Source: Eledone cirrhosa
Taxonomy: Eukaryota
Length of the DNA: 64,000 nucleotides
Assembly (NCBI GenBank): GCA_964016885.1
Contig: OZ024746.1
Span: 15,934,001 to 15,998,000, forward strand
Direction of reading: 5' to 3'
Shown here: piece by piece, positions 38,945-53,124 of the stretch
Layout: each line of letters begins with the position of its first letter
How positions within the stretch are numbered: position 1 is the stretch's first letter
Translations under genes and position numbers: made by a program
The notes under the pieces: model-generated
Seen by the model: the letters and a program-made list of their open reading frames with translations, nothing else
Databases searched by the model: none
Told to the model about the DNA's origin: nothing

Positions 38945-39357
38945 TCGGTTAGGTGACCAATCATGCTGTTATCTCACTGGGAGTGAGATACTCCTAGTTC
39001 TATTTAGGACATTCTAACAGAAGGAAATCTCCTATGTAACCCCCCCCCCCCCCCCCCCCCCCCCGCAATCTGATGGCTACCAATGATCTTGACCTGTTTT
39101 TCTTTTTAGATATCTCACCATTGTTCAGAGTGGGATTGGTCCAGTGCAAGGCAGTTCTTGAAGCATGGGCATATAAAAAAAAAAAAGCTTCAAGCACAGG
39201 CGTCACTGGATCTAAATAACTTTTACGTGTTTTGCAAGGAGCATGACCCATCTTCTTCTTTTTTTTTCATTGCAACATATGCTGAAAGGAATCTAAGTCC
39301 TTAAAAGGTTCATGCCACCCATATATGGCAATTCTCGAAATCAAGATATGCAGCCAA
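38945..39357 (+). mobile_element. Diverged relative of the bipartite RTE derivative
   Basis: AGAAGGAAA...CTGATGGCTACCAATGATCTTGAC...GAGTGGGA...CTCGAAA...GCAGCCA followed by a TATG tail. Confidence 0.6.
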
Positions 39358-40847
39358 TATGTTTGTATGTATGTATTTCTGTGTATATCTATCTATGTAT
39401 GTGTGTTTCTCTGTTTATATTTATTTATGAATGTATGTATATATGTGTGTTATGTATATAATTATTTCATAGCCCTTGTTTCTCTTGTATAGTTCTGTTT
39501 TAAGTTTTCAAATATTGATGACCAGTATGACTACTTGGAGCAGTAAAGCATCATTTTTACATGAGCAGGCAAAAGGAAGGGGGCTGAAAAACATGTTAAA
39601 CTTGTTGCATTGTTAAGAGAAGCTAATGAAAAAGTCGAGTTAGAAATAGCTGCCATAACATCGTATTTTTTTAAGCCTTATATTTTGATAAAGGCACAGG
39701 GATGTAATAGACAGTTTCTGAAAGAAGGGATCATTTTATTTCACTGGGCACACAAATATCTTGACTGGCCCTTATGTTTGCTTGTCAACCTAGAAACATG
39801 AAACTAGTGACACACTTTGAAAATAATGACATTATTCTATTTCTTACTTAGACTTAGAAGTTCCCATATCTTGAGACACATGAAGCAGCCAAAGTGCTAC
39901 AATGGCCACGGTCAGTTGCATCTATCAATACATTGTTCCAACTTTTGACAAGTTTCAAGTCTCTATCTCTTGTCTGCCACCAGATCATCATGGAACGTTC
40001 TCTTCACCTCTTTCCAAATATTGCATAATATAATGATTTTTTTTTTTACATGGTTTCTAATTTAGACACAAGGCCAGTAAATTTGTTGGAAGGGGGTCAG
40101 TTGATTGGTACTTTATCTTCTCCACCCCCAGAGCCAGAACAAATACTGTTAAACATCTGTTCAACACATTCACAACTCTGCCAATCCACCAACACTGTTA
40201 TTAACCATTACATTACAATATTTCTAATTAAAGACACTGATTATGATCTTCAAATAACTTTGAAAATATTCAAGAGTTGAGGGAGAAATCAAGTAAAAAT
40301 TATTAAGCTAGTGTCTGGAGTGTAAGTTAACAAAGGTTCATACATAAAATTATTATAAAAGTTTTTTTAGATGAATATAAACACTTTAAAAAACAGATGA
40401 AATGAAAACATCCCTACATATATTAATGTTCAATATGTTTGGATCTTCAGAAATACTATACTATATAAAACTACATGAAATTAAGAGAGGAACATCTTGA
40501 GTTATTAATATGACACCATAATATCAACACATCTATATTGATATTCCTCTCCTAAAGTTATATTCCAAACACTAGTTTAATAATGAGGAAGTTATATTTA
40601 TAAAATCCCTCCAAAATTTTGATTATTTTCAAAATTATTTGAAAATCATTGGCAGTGTCTTTTATTAGAAATAGAGTAATGAAAGTGTTAAAGTTTTTAT
40701 ATTTATCTAAAACCATTCTATCATAATTTTATAAAAGTTAAGTTATACTCCAAACATCAACTCAATAATCAGAAGGTTATATCATGAAATCCCTATAAAC
40801 TATTATTTTCCAAATTATTTTAATATTATAGGCAGTGTCTTTCAAAA

Positions 40848-41052
40848 GTTTCTCATTTAGGCACAAGGCCAACAATTTTTTTGGAGAGGGGAAAGTTGAT
40901 TAAATCGTCCCAGTGCATTACTGGTACTTTATTTTATCAACCCCATAAGGATGAAAGACGAAGCTAACCTCGATGGGATTTGAACTCAAAATGTAAAAGG
41001 ACTATATGCCACAAAGCATGTTGCCCAATGCTCTACCGATTCTGCTAATCTA
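40848..41052 (-). mobile_element. Meta-core SINE
   Basis: Matches the family sequence. Confidence 0.82.
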
Positions 41053-41304
41053 CAACATTTCTTTCATTAGAAAGGGTTTCTTCTGCTTTTTGTTTCTATA
41101 TCCCCTCCTTCTCACCATCATTACTTGAATCAAAGTAATAACCACCCTAATTAGTTAAGATAACGACCCTAATTAGTCTAAAGCCCCCACCCCCCAATAT
41201 TTAGCCTCATTAGCTGTCAGTTTTTACTTTCCTGTTGAAATCAAGTTTTTCTTCTCTATTATATAAAAAAAAATGTTCTGCTGTTAGTGTCCCACTCATG
41301 TCAC

Positions 41305-42560
41305 CATGGTGGTGGTGACATGGTGATGATGGTGGTGGAAATGATGGCGATTGTGGTGGTGGCAATGGTGGTGATGATGATGGTGGAAATGATGGCGATT
41401 GTGGTGGTGATGATGGCGATTGTGGTGGTGGCAATGGTGGTGATGATGATGATGGTGGGACTTAAGTGGCTAAAAGTGAAAGATTAGTAAAAGAAATGTC
41501 CAATCTATGTAACAGATGTGTAATGAGTGTATGGTGTGTAGTGTGGTTTATAATGTGGTGGTGTGTAGTGTGGGGTGTAATGTGTAGTGAGTGTATGGTG
41601 TGTAGTGTGGTTTATAGTGTGGTGGTGTGTAGTGTGGGGTGTAATGTGTAGTGAGTGTAGTGTGGTGGTGTATAGTGTGGAGGTGTGTAGTGTGGCGGTG
41701 TGTGGTGTAGTGCGTAATGTGGTTGTGTAGTGTGGTGGTGTATAGTGTAGTGTGTTGTGTGGTGGTGTATAGTGCAGTGTGTAGTGTGGTGGTGTATAGT
41801 GCAGTGTGTAGTGTGGTGGTGCAGTGTGTAGTGTGGTGGTGTATAGTGCAGTGTGTAGTGTGGTGGTGTATAGTGCAGTGTGTAGTGTGGTGGTGTATAG
41901 TGCAGTGTGTAGTGTGGTGGTGTATAGTGCAGTGTGTAGTGTGGTGGTGTAGTGCAGTGTGTAGTGTGGTGGTGTATAGTGCAGTGTGTAGTGTGGTGTA
42001 GTGTAGTATGTAGTGATGCTGTTGATGTATCTCTATTAATAACTACAGTGTATATCAGATGCTGTGGCTAATTAACCAATATAATGACTTAAGACTTTCA
42101 ACACCTGTTAGGAACAGTTACACAATTATTATTACTACTACAACTACTACTCATAATACTGCTACTACTACTATTGCTACTACTACTACTACTACTACTA
42201 CTCATAATACTGCTACTACTACCACCACTACTACCACTGCTGGTACTACTACTATTACTACTACTCATAATACTGGTACTACTACCACCACTACTACTAC
42301 TCTTAATACTGCTGCTGTTGCTACTACTACTACTATTGCGGCTGCTACTACTATTACTGCGGGTACTACTACTACTACTACTACACTACTACTACCACCA
42401 CCACCGCAACCACCACCACCACTACTACCACTACCATTACTGCTAGTACTACTACTACTACACCATTCCCACTGTTAATACAACTACTACTACTTCTAGT
42501 ATATCACTCCCACTTTTAGTACTACAACACCAAACACTACTACAACCACTATTACTATCA
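41305..42560. repeat. Adjacent low-complexity tracts: (GGT/GAT)n, a ~27-bp GTGTAGTGTGGTGGTGTATAGTGCAGT repeat, and (ACT/ACC)n
   Basis: Read directly. Confidence 0.9.
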
Positions 42561-43057
42561 TCACTGGTCCACTGGATAAACCGTTTTATTTCTAGAATCC
42601 TGGACCTAGTGGGACAGGATTCTAGATTCTTTTAATTTTTTTCATTCTAAAATATGGGAAATAAATGCATAAAGGAAGGTTGTTGGGGGGGGGGGGGCAT
42701 GGTAGTGATAAAGGGGGAGGTGTTAATGATGATGGTGGTGGAGATAGTGGTGATGATGATAGTGGTGGTGAGGATAGGGGTTCATGGTGTTGATGATAGT
42801 GGCTGTGATGATACTGGTGAAGATGATGGTGTTGTTGATGATGATGGTGGTATTTAATGAAGCAAATATGTTTGTTTCTTAAGTTTTTTTTCTTTTTGAG
42901 GCATTTATTTTAGTGAATATTTTAAATTCATTAACAGATTAATTTGTTCTGCAATGTTTGTTAACCCTTCCACATTCCTTTACTGATGCAACACTGTAAT
43001 ATATAATTATTACATTCTTCTAATCTCATGTATTTTTCTTCATGCTATATATGTGAA

Positions 43058-43398
43058 GGCACATGGCTTAGTGGTTAGAACATTGTGATTGAAAACGTGA
43101 GGTTGTGAGTCTGATTCTCGGACCGGGCAGTGTGTTGTGTCCTTGAGCAAGACACTTTATTTCACATTGTTCCAGTTCATTCAGCCATAGGAATGAGTTG
43201 CGACATCACTGGTGTTCAGCTGTATCAGCCTTTGCCTTTCCTTTGAACAACATCGCTGGCGTGGAGAAGGGAGACTGGTATGTATGGCTGACTGCTGACC
43301 GTTCACAAAAACAGCTTGCCCAGGTTTGTGCCCCAGAGGGGAACTTTCTAGGAGCAAATCCCATGTTCATTCATGACTGATGTGGGTCTTTACTTTAT
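43058..43398 (+). mobile_element. tRNA SINE with the same head as 37110 but an unrelated 3' half
   Basis: GGCACATGGCTTAGTGGTTAG...GTCCTTGAGCAAGACACTTTATTTCACATTG, followed by a distinct tail. Confidence 0.8.
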
Positions 43399-45351
43399 TT
43401 TTGTATGTGTGTTGGACTCACAACCATAAGGTCATAGGTTCAATTCCTAGACAAGGTGACACATGTCTTTGAATAAGGCACTTCATTTCATGAGGTGAAT
43501 CTCACAAAGTAGATTACGCAGGAAAGAGACAAGTAGAGAGAAACTCTACTAGAGAGGATTCTCATTACCATATATTTGTTAAAAAGACACTGCCTATGAT
43601 TTACAATTAATTTTGAAAATAATCAAGAATTTGAGGAGACTTGGTTATATAATTAACTTTCTCAATATCAAGCTGGTGTTTAGAAACATAACTTAAAGGT
43701 TCTTACATGAAAATATGATATGTTTTTTTAGATAAAAATAAAAAGTTTTGTATTGTAGAACCAAGGGTGGTTTCAGGTGGTTTGGCATTAAGAGGGTTAA
43801 GTCATGCAAGCATAGAAAAACGGATGTAAAAATGTTGTTGAAAGTGTTTTGTATGTGTGTGGCTACATTTAGACTGGACTGTTCTGTACTGGATTGGGCA
43901 ACATACCATGTTACATGCATATAAAATATTTACTATACGATCTGGACTTGATAATTGCATAGAGGTATACTGTTAAAGAATGCCACACTCCATGTTGCTT
44001 TCACAACAGAGCAGGTCAGATGTTGCCAAATCAGACTGATTACTAAGCAGGCTGCCAACAAATACTGAAATAAATAAAACATTAGAAATAAAAGAATAAA
44101 GTAACACCTACAAAAAACTGAGTGTAGTGTTTGTATGGCCTAAGACAATTGCTCTGAAAATGTTGCTAACTTTAGCTGGTTTTATATTGTGTGAGCAATA
44201 CACCTGGAACTCCTCCGACATTTATGATGACAACTGTTCCAGTTGTTCGAACAATGGAAGGAACACACTGCTTGTCAAATTAATGTGGAAGTGCCCAAGC
44301 ATTCCACACACACATCTACCCCCTTAATGAAATTCTTTTCATGCTAGCATGGAAAAATGTGCATTAAACGGTGATGATGATGATTCAGCATAATACATGT
44401 GTGACAAGGCTGGCCTTTTGAATTACAGATTCAACTCATTTTTGCCAGCTGATTGGACTGAAATGACCAGTCTAATGCACACAATATTCCCCTGTTGGTG
44501 ACTTTATTAATTAAAACTCTCTTTGTATGTGGGAATCTAAGCGTACTTCTCTTCTGGTGAACAACCAACAAGCTGTGAAACATGTAAAGGCAACTTCTTA
44601 TATTTTTCCATATTGAAGAAAATGACATAAATATTTATAGCATATCTTTAGCCTATTAGTTTATCTAGCTATGGGGTAGATAGATATTGCAGTTTGGCAT
44701 TTGTTATCTGAGGTAGATTTGTGTGTGGGTGACCTCATCAATAGAAGATTCAATTCTATCTATGCTACCAGAATCCAGAGCTAAACACTAGCTTAACATC
44801 GTGATCACGTCATTTATCATTATTGATTTATTATTATTGTTATTGTCATTTATATAGATATTTATCAAACAATGAAATATTCCTACTCTCTCTAAGCACA
44901 AAAGGAAACAAAAAAATATCTTTATCTATCTTTGCTGAAATGATGTGCTGTCTGAGATTTAGAAAATATGTGACAGTAATTCATGATTATTTTTTATTTA
45001 TTCACTTCTCTCTCTCTCACACACACACACATTTGTCAGAACAATTTAAATATAAAAAGACACCTCTATCCATTCCTTCCAGAAGAATTTATCTAATTTC
45101 CTATAGCTTGTATTTTTTTTTTAAATTGGCTCTAACTGTAATAGTGTTGAGTCAGTTGTTATGTGCCATCTAACTTAGCACCTTCTTTTCTTTTCTTAGA
45201 ATACTTAATAATAAAAATCTATCTTATAGTGGTCAGCTTCTCTCTATATTCCACGCTGATTGTACAAAATCAACAGTAAATATGTCTCAATACTAACTTA
45301 TGTAGTAGGTAAGCTAGGTGACATCTTTCACTTGCAATACCTTCTTCATAG

Positions 45352-45791
45352 TCATCATCATCATCATCATCACCGTTTTACGTCCGTTCTTCCACGCTAG
45401 CATGGGTTAGACGGGTTGTCCTGTTGTGGGCAGTGTCTGGTCGGCTGACCATGCCTTGCTCATACAGGAACTGATCTGGCTTGATTTCTACAGCTGGATG
45501 CCCTTCCTAACACCAACCTCATTTACAGTGAGTCCTGGGTGCTTTTTCGTGGCGCCTACACGTCCACTTTACAGTGTGGGCTGGGTGCTTTTTTGCCGTG
45601 GCACCTCTACGACCACCTTGCAGTGGGGGGAGTGGGGGCATATTGTTTATATGCTTCAGCATGTACCCATGGGAGGTCGGGTACCCTGTATTACTGCGTG
45701 ACGCCAGAAGTCACGGTCGTGTGTCATTGTCTTTGAGAGGTGTAGTTGGGTAAGGTAGGTGTAGTTGGGTAAGGTGGTGTAGTTGGGTAAG
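45352..45791 (-). mobile_element. RTE subfamily B 3' fragment
   Basis: Near-identical to 1816-2207. Confidence 0.92.
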
Positions 45792-46311
45792 TCTGTTGTA
45801 AAAAATGTATTATCTCCATGAGGGATGACTTGGAGAGGAAGGAAAACATGTCAATAGCACGGACTATGTTCTTGTCATTAGAAGGGCTGCCAACATTAGC
45901 CATGTTGATCTTACTAGGAGAGCTTGTGCTATTTAACTACAGCAGTTTATGTTTTCTCTTCAAATACTGCTGAGGTTGACTTTGTCTATCATTCTTTAGG
46001 GATCAATAAAATAAAATATCAGTTAAGTACTTTATTAGCTCCCCCCATGACCACCAGTTGTTGGCTTTATGTTTAAATTAAAAACCATTCTTTAAGAGTC
46101 GGTTAAAATAAATACCTGTTAGATACTGTGGGTTATAGTATTGATTACAACCTTATTTATGGCACGTGTATATGATGTCACTGTTGATGTTATTAATGGG
46201 CAGTTTCTGACCAATAAATACCTTCAGAAGTCTACAGACTCTACATCCAAAATGATGTGATACTTAAGAACAAATTTCCATTTTTGTTCATAAGAAAACA
46301 AATAAATAAAA

Positions 46312-46460
46312 AGGCAGTGAACTGGCAGAATCAGTAGAGTGTTGGACAAAATACTTTGTGTCTTAGGTTCCGACTCTTTACATTCTGAGTTCTAACCCTG
46401 CCAAAGGCAACTTTGCCTTTCATCACTTTGAGGTCCATCAAATGAAGTACCAGTCAAGTG
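46312..46460 (+). mobile_element. Diverged Meta-core SINE
   Basis: GGCAGTGAACTGGCAGAATC...CTGAGTTC...CAACTTTGCCTTTCATC...AGTACCAG. Confidence 0.78.
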
Positions 46461-48351
46461 TCTATCTAAATAACTGTTCCTCTTCCTCCCCTTAATTGCC
46501 AAACTTAAATTATAAACCATTATTTATAAATAGAGCTACAATAGTTTCAGTATGTTACCATAGGTGAAACTGGAAAACATAGGGTCAGGCATAGATAGCT
46601 TTCAAAACATTTCTTTATTTCTCTTAATGAATTTCTCGTTAGTTTTTGATACAAGAGCTACTATGCTACATTGTGTTGTTATCAATTAATTAGTGTGTAT
46701 ATTTTTATGGCAGTTTACTAAATATGGTATAGTAGTTAGTCATGGGTCTCTGTCTAGAACACAAGGTGAAGCTACAAACTGACTCTATATTTTATCTAAT
46801 TGGTAGAATTATGAAAAGGAAACAGCAGACATGTAGCCACACATTCATAATAATCCTCTAAATTGGTGAAGTTTACTATAGTCTTTGATGTTCTATTATG
46901 TAGCATCATCCATTCATTAAAAATCCTGATGACATTTCAGCCATTAGTTATTCTTTGAGTCATTTTCAAATTCATTACAGACTTTAGTGATTGTTGGTGT
47001 ATTTTAACAAGCTTTCTAGTTGCTTCAAGTAAATCATGAGATTTATGAAGCACCTATGATGAATAGCTATCGTCTTCGATTGTTCTGTCGGCTGGTCTCT
47101 TGTCAGTTTTGGATGGAAGCGAAGTCTGCTATCTGCTCTCTTTAATTGGTTGCCAATCACGAGTGGTTCAACTACTTTTTAACTTTCTTTTCTTCATTCT
47201 TGTAATTTTCAATAGTTTTCTTTGCTGTCTTTCTTTCTTCTTTCTTTTGTTTTAACAAGTCAATCTTTTGTATCAAATTGAAGTACTTTATGAGGTTGTA
47301 TTGTTGTTGAAGTTGTTATTATCACAGTTGTGGAAGCTGGTCTCCATCTTGTCTTAGACATTAGACATTACTTACAATTAGAAATATAAAATAAAAATAA
47401 AAATATTTCAGTTCTTCATTCTTTGTGAGTTCTGTACACCACTTAGGGAGAATTGCTCCCACATTTAGAGTGGCGCCTTAGACCTTCACTAAAGACACTT
47501 GAAAGAATGTAAGTCAAGGCCATTCTTTTAATTGGTAAGTGTCCATTGCAGGCACTTCAAGCGACCCTCTTGGTAGTCACCAGTTTGTCTCCATATGTTA
47601 AACTTCTGTAGAAAACAATTAGTTTCCTTTTTTTAACAGCCCAATCATACTTAATACCTATTTTTTACCCACAACTAACCAGGAGTATCTTAACTAATTC
47701 CTCATTCTTAATAGATTAGCATGCCTTAGAAATATTCCTAATTTCAATTCTTAATTCTTTAGAATATTTTAGCATTGATAAAATGTATCCAGTACCCTCT
47801 GTTGAGTTTTCTACAAATGGATGCCTATCCTACCATCAACCACTTTACATATAAAGGATTGAGGACTCATCAGCTGTGTCAAAGGCACTACAATCTCCCT
47901 AGTGCTGGAATACATTTTATGTATACAAATGAACCTGGATACAAATGAACCTGGTGCACTCTCTTGATTGTGGAAATATATGTATGCAAGATGAGGCCCC
48001 AACTTATCTGAGAAATCAGTAGCTCTGACTTGTGTTACTGACTTGGTTTGTGATGACCCGTCCAATTCTTTCTAGCAGGAAAAACGAACATTAGATGATG
48101 ATGATGATGATAGTGTTGTATACAGGGGATTTAGAAACGTGTGTCTTTAGACTTACTGTATATACTCAAATATAAGACAAGAAATATGTGACAAAAAATT
48201 TGATGATAAAATGGTAATGATGGTGGTGGTGGTGGGGGTGGTATAAGGCCAGTATTTTGCCAATTTTTACTGACTTCAAATTCTGGATAAATGAGATGCT
48301 AAAATATTTTCACTTTGGAGGTGAAATTCATATTGTGCCAATAATAGTAAT

Positions 48352-48536
48352 AATTGTTTCTATTTTAGGCACAAGGCCAGCAATTACCCAGTACATTACT
48401 GGTACTTTATTTTATCGACCCCGTAAGGATAAAAGGCAAAGTTAACCTCGGCGGGATTTGAACTCAGATCATAAAGGGACGTAACTCTATGCTTCAAAGC
48501 ATGGTGTCCGACTCTCTACCAATACTGCCAATCCAG
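48352..48536 (-). mobile_element. Meta-core SINE
   Basis: Matches the family sequence; flanked by AGTAATAAT. Confidence 0.88.
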
Positions 48537-49552
48537 TAATAATGATATTTGGTGATGACAGATATTTCAGTATAAAAATGGTTAAAGAGGGCAGAGCAGA
48601 TTAGTTGAAAGATTATAAATTCTCTTAAATTCAGTAGATATAGATTATACATTGTTGTTGGACAGGAAGTTTGGAGGGTTAGTTACAGCAGATAATGAGA
48701 GAATACAGTAAAACAGAGAACTATTCCAGCTCCATTTTGTACTGAACCACTTAAGGGTCATGGGGGGAAAGGGGGGACTGCTTCTTCTATTCTCTTATGT
48801 AATTCTATATGTATAGGGGTTTTATCGTGTCAGGGGAAACTGGACTGTTATAGATTGACCTATATATATATGGCCTTGTGCTAGTGTTAGAAAGAATTAT
48901 TTAGATGGTGGTGGAATGGCAGAGTTGGTATAGCATTAGACAAATGCTTAGCAGTATTTCTTTCAGCTTTTTATATTCTAGGGTCAATTTAATCAACTGT
49001 CTTTTTTTCAAATTTGCTGGCCTTGTGCCTAAATTAGAAATCCTAATTCTGTCATGCGGTATGTATGTGAAGATGAGGTGTTTTGTTTAAAAGTACTTTA
49101 GCAATTGATAGCTTGAAATTCCTCTGGGAGAGGCTTGGCAGTGTGGTTAAAGAGATCGCTTTGCAACCACATGGCTTTGGTTCCAGCCGTACTGTGTGGC
49201 ACACTTTGAACAAGTGTCTACTATTAATGCCTCAGGTTGAGTAATGTTTTGTAATTGAAATTTGGTAGATGGAAACTATGTGGAAGCTTGAAGTTTATAT
49301 ATATGTATGTGTATCTGTATCTGTGCTGTAATTCAGTGGTTTGATAAAAAGAGATAGATTAAATAAATATCAGACCGCCAGTATTCACAATCGTATATTT
49401 AGCTCATATTTTTTTTTAATCATTACTAGGTTGATATTTCAATGAATAGAATGCTTTTTGTTGTGGCACCAGCACTACCACTATACCTCTGTATAGGATG
49501 GACTGGGTGTTTTTTATATTGTTGCCTCAGCACTGTCACCTTTCTTAAATCC

Positions 49553-49600
<48 letters not shown>

Positions 49601-50891
49601 TGTGTATCCCAGGTTCAATATATACATAATGTATATAAAGTCATTATTAGGCTGTCCATGTTGATATTTCAATAAATCAAAAACACAATTCTTTCACATT
49701 TATGTTTTAGTTGTTAGCAAATTTAGATGCGACAAAATGTTTAGCTCTTCACTAATATGTAATGGCAACTTCAAGTTCCTGATTTGTAAATTTAAGTGAT
49801 TACACAGTAATAACCAACTGCACTATCTTTCTCACTAAATAGAAATAAATCCAATTTATGGTTTTCATTTGGCTTCATTATAGTCTAAGATATCTTTCAA
49901 AGTGGATTATAAAACCATCAAAGGCCTCTACAGAATTATCTTTTAACATAAAAGGTGGATTTTTTTCTTCTAGTGATGACATAGCAAATGAAAGAAACTT
50001 TTGGAATGTGTCACATGTTGTAATCCATAATTTCAAAGAGTTAATATCCAATCAATGTTAGACAGATTTCACATTTGAGAAGTTCTCAACTGACAAAGTC
50101 ATTTCATCTACTTTATATAATAAGTAGTGTGCACGCCACACCATGCATGTGCACAAGAAGACTCTTGTTATCTCACATAATTCTAATGTTAGTAATTAAC
50201 ATAACAATATACCACAATTATAGAATATCTAATAGCACATAATACTTTCTATTGACTCTCTCCTGCTGACACCTCTGTAAATTGGTAGAATCCAAAAGGT
50301 CGTGTTTACAATTGAAAGTTCACAGTAAAATGTTGGGAAATTCTTCGTTATTTCTGTTAGATGTTCTATATATTACAAGTTAGTGTCAAGTTTATATTGA
50401 ATCTAATTACAACCTGCTATAACTACAATTTCCAGTAATTCTGTGGCTGATGGATTTCAAATTTAAGTTGCTATGTTAACTAATGGATTATTCCCGTAAA
50501 GAAAGGAGACATCTAGCTAAAAGCAGAGCAAATATATCAACTAATTTATTATGGTTTTTATTACGAAGACTTCTTTCATTAACTGCAACAGTTGTGACTA
50601 ACAAAAGTAAGTTCATTATTATTGTTAATAATTTTATTTACTATTAGTCTTATTTTTATTATGTTGTTACTACATTACCGAGCACAGCTATGTGTGCCTT
50701 GGGTACATACAGTGTGGGTTTTGGTGATGCTGTTTCTAATGTATTGAAAGTACTCTTTGTAATATTTTTATAATTATTTGGATAGTCCTATTATTTATAT
50801 CTTCTCTGTACAACTGAGCATAGTTCTGTGTGACGTGGCTACATGCAGTATTTGGTTTTAATTATTTTCTGTGTGCATTTCATGCATATGA

Positions 50892-50930
<39 letters not shown>

Positions 50931-52990
50931 AAATACAGTATCTAATGGTGTTCAATGGATTAGTTGGTATTCCAACTGCAGTTTTCTGTCCTTGACCAAT
51001 ATTTTTAACTCTATTTACCCCACCTAACCAATAGTGTCTACCCAAAGTGAGCATGTCATCTTAGACCATCTGGATTATTAGGAGAAAAGTTAACTTGCTA
51101 TTAACTGACACCTTAGTAAACTGAAAATGTTTGTTTCACATCCACTCATCGCTACTGACTTCTGAAGAAATGAATTAAGGCTTTTTTTATAATTAACTCA
51201 TTAACTTTCTGTATATGTTATTGTTCATTACAGTAATTGAATGATGTCACATGTAATCTAAACAAGCATTATTTAATATCACTGTTTAACTTATCACAAT
51301 GTAGTATATCTATTGAAGTGTTAAAATGATAAAAAAAAGAATACTGACTCGTCTGTGATGACACATTCAACCATTGCACTGAAAATGGATGTTAAATGAT
51401 GTTGACACCAGTTGCTGACACATTTTGATGGAACTGCAGGTGTATTAACCATTTCATTACCATATTTCTAATGAAAGACACTACTTATGATTTTCAAATA
51501 ATTTAGAAAATAATCAGAAATTCGGATGGATTTAGTAATATTCTCAGTATTTATTTGGGGGCTTGGAATCTAATTTAACAAAGTGTCCTACATTAAACGA
51601 TAATGGAAGGTTTTTAGATAAATATAAATATTTTAAGATAAACAGTTTTGTATCATAGAACCAGGAGTTGTTTTAGGTAGTTTGGTATTAAAAGGGTTAT
51701 ATACCTGAGGGCCAACATTATTGATTGTGTAAGGATGAAAGACAGTCGTTATCGATTGGATTTGAACTGAGTACAAGTATAACAAAACAGTCTGATGCGC
51801 AATCATTTCTGTCATTTATCACTGAAAATACTAAACAATAATACTAATAATATTTCAGATATGTGTCCCTGTGCCATTACTGAAGCTAAAACAAACAATA
51901 GATCTAATAAACACTAATGACCACCAGCTCAGCCAAATAACCTCAAAAGATCTCCTCCTTTACTCTCTCTCTCTCTCTCTTTCTCCCCCTCTCTCAACCT
52001 GTTGTTCACCTGGATTTCACTTTTATTGACCAGAGGCCAACATCGAACATAAAAAGAGACAGGGAAAAAAAAAAGTCTGCTGCATGGCAAGCCGTCATAG
52101 GTGTGTGAGTAAAAGTTATAAACTACTTCAGTCACTAATAATTCCCAGAACAGACATTATCGTTGTTTCTGCTCAGGATGAAGCAAATAATATTTTATTT
52201 GTATATTTTATTTGTAATTTATCTTGTAAAACCATTAAAACAAACATCATCATCATCGTTGTGAACAGCAAACAGTTGTTCTTTGGCAGTTAAGATCTTA
52301 CTGTGGTAGCAATTATGGATCAGTAAGTTCCTAAAATGTGACCAGGGACTGTAAATGAAAAATTGTGTTGCTAACACATTAATTTCAATTGAGAACTAGT
52401 TGAAGAAAAAGTGCAAATTAAAGTCTGTGGAGAAAACTATTTATAATTAGATATTTCATGTCTGAATCCTCTCTTCAATGGCAGATCAATATATAACAAA
52501 TACACACACAAAAAAAAATATTAAAAACAGAACAGAGAATGCAAACCTCATTATTTATTGGAAACCTTGTTTAATGAGTTCATTTATTGTTTCACCAATA
52601 TCACTAATGCCATTTGAAAAAAGATGAACACCACATCTTCCTGTTTTATCTTACATATAAATCTGAGATTTCATTCCTTATAAAATACAATCATAAATCA
52701 TTCTATGAAATTTCCTGAACATCAGTTTTCCATATACCAACAACATACAACAAGCATTCTAAAGACATTTTTCCTGCTAAAGCCATTGTTAGCCTTGTAG
52801 GCCCCATAGAAGATTTATACTCATTCTGAGCTCCTTTTTTTTAGATAGTGTTTTATAGCTGGTGTCCTTCCCGAGAGAGAGATGGAGTATTTTACAGAGG
52901 GTCGTGTTGTAGTTTTAAGGATTTGTTTTCCTTGAGTTTTTCTAATATATACAACATAAATTAAATGTTATATGTTACCCAATGTAAAGT

Positions 52991-53124
52991 TAACCTCGGC
53001 AGGATTTATGATCTGAGTTCAAATCCCGCCGAGGTTAACTTTGCCTTTCATCCTTACGGGGTCGATAAAATAAAGTACCAGTAATGTACTGGGTAATTGC
53101 TGGCCTTGTGCCTAAAATAAAAAC
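52991..53124 (+). mobile_element. 5'-truncated Meta-core SINE with inverted 5' segment and 32-bp TSD
   Basis: TSD AATTAAATGTTATATGTTACCCAATGTAAAGT at 52959-52990 and 53125-53156. Confidence 0.9.

Noticed and set aside
44709-44738. let-7-like miRNA (TGAGGTAG seed)
   Set aside because: Only a 6-bp stem; the remainder does not match let-7 and there is no pre-miRNA fold.
46940-47650. Possible degenerate coding or TE 5' region on the minus strand
   Set aside because: Purine-rich but interrupted by stops, with no motif I can recognise.
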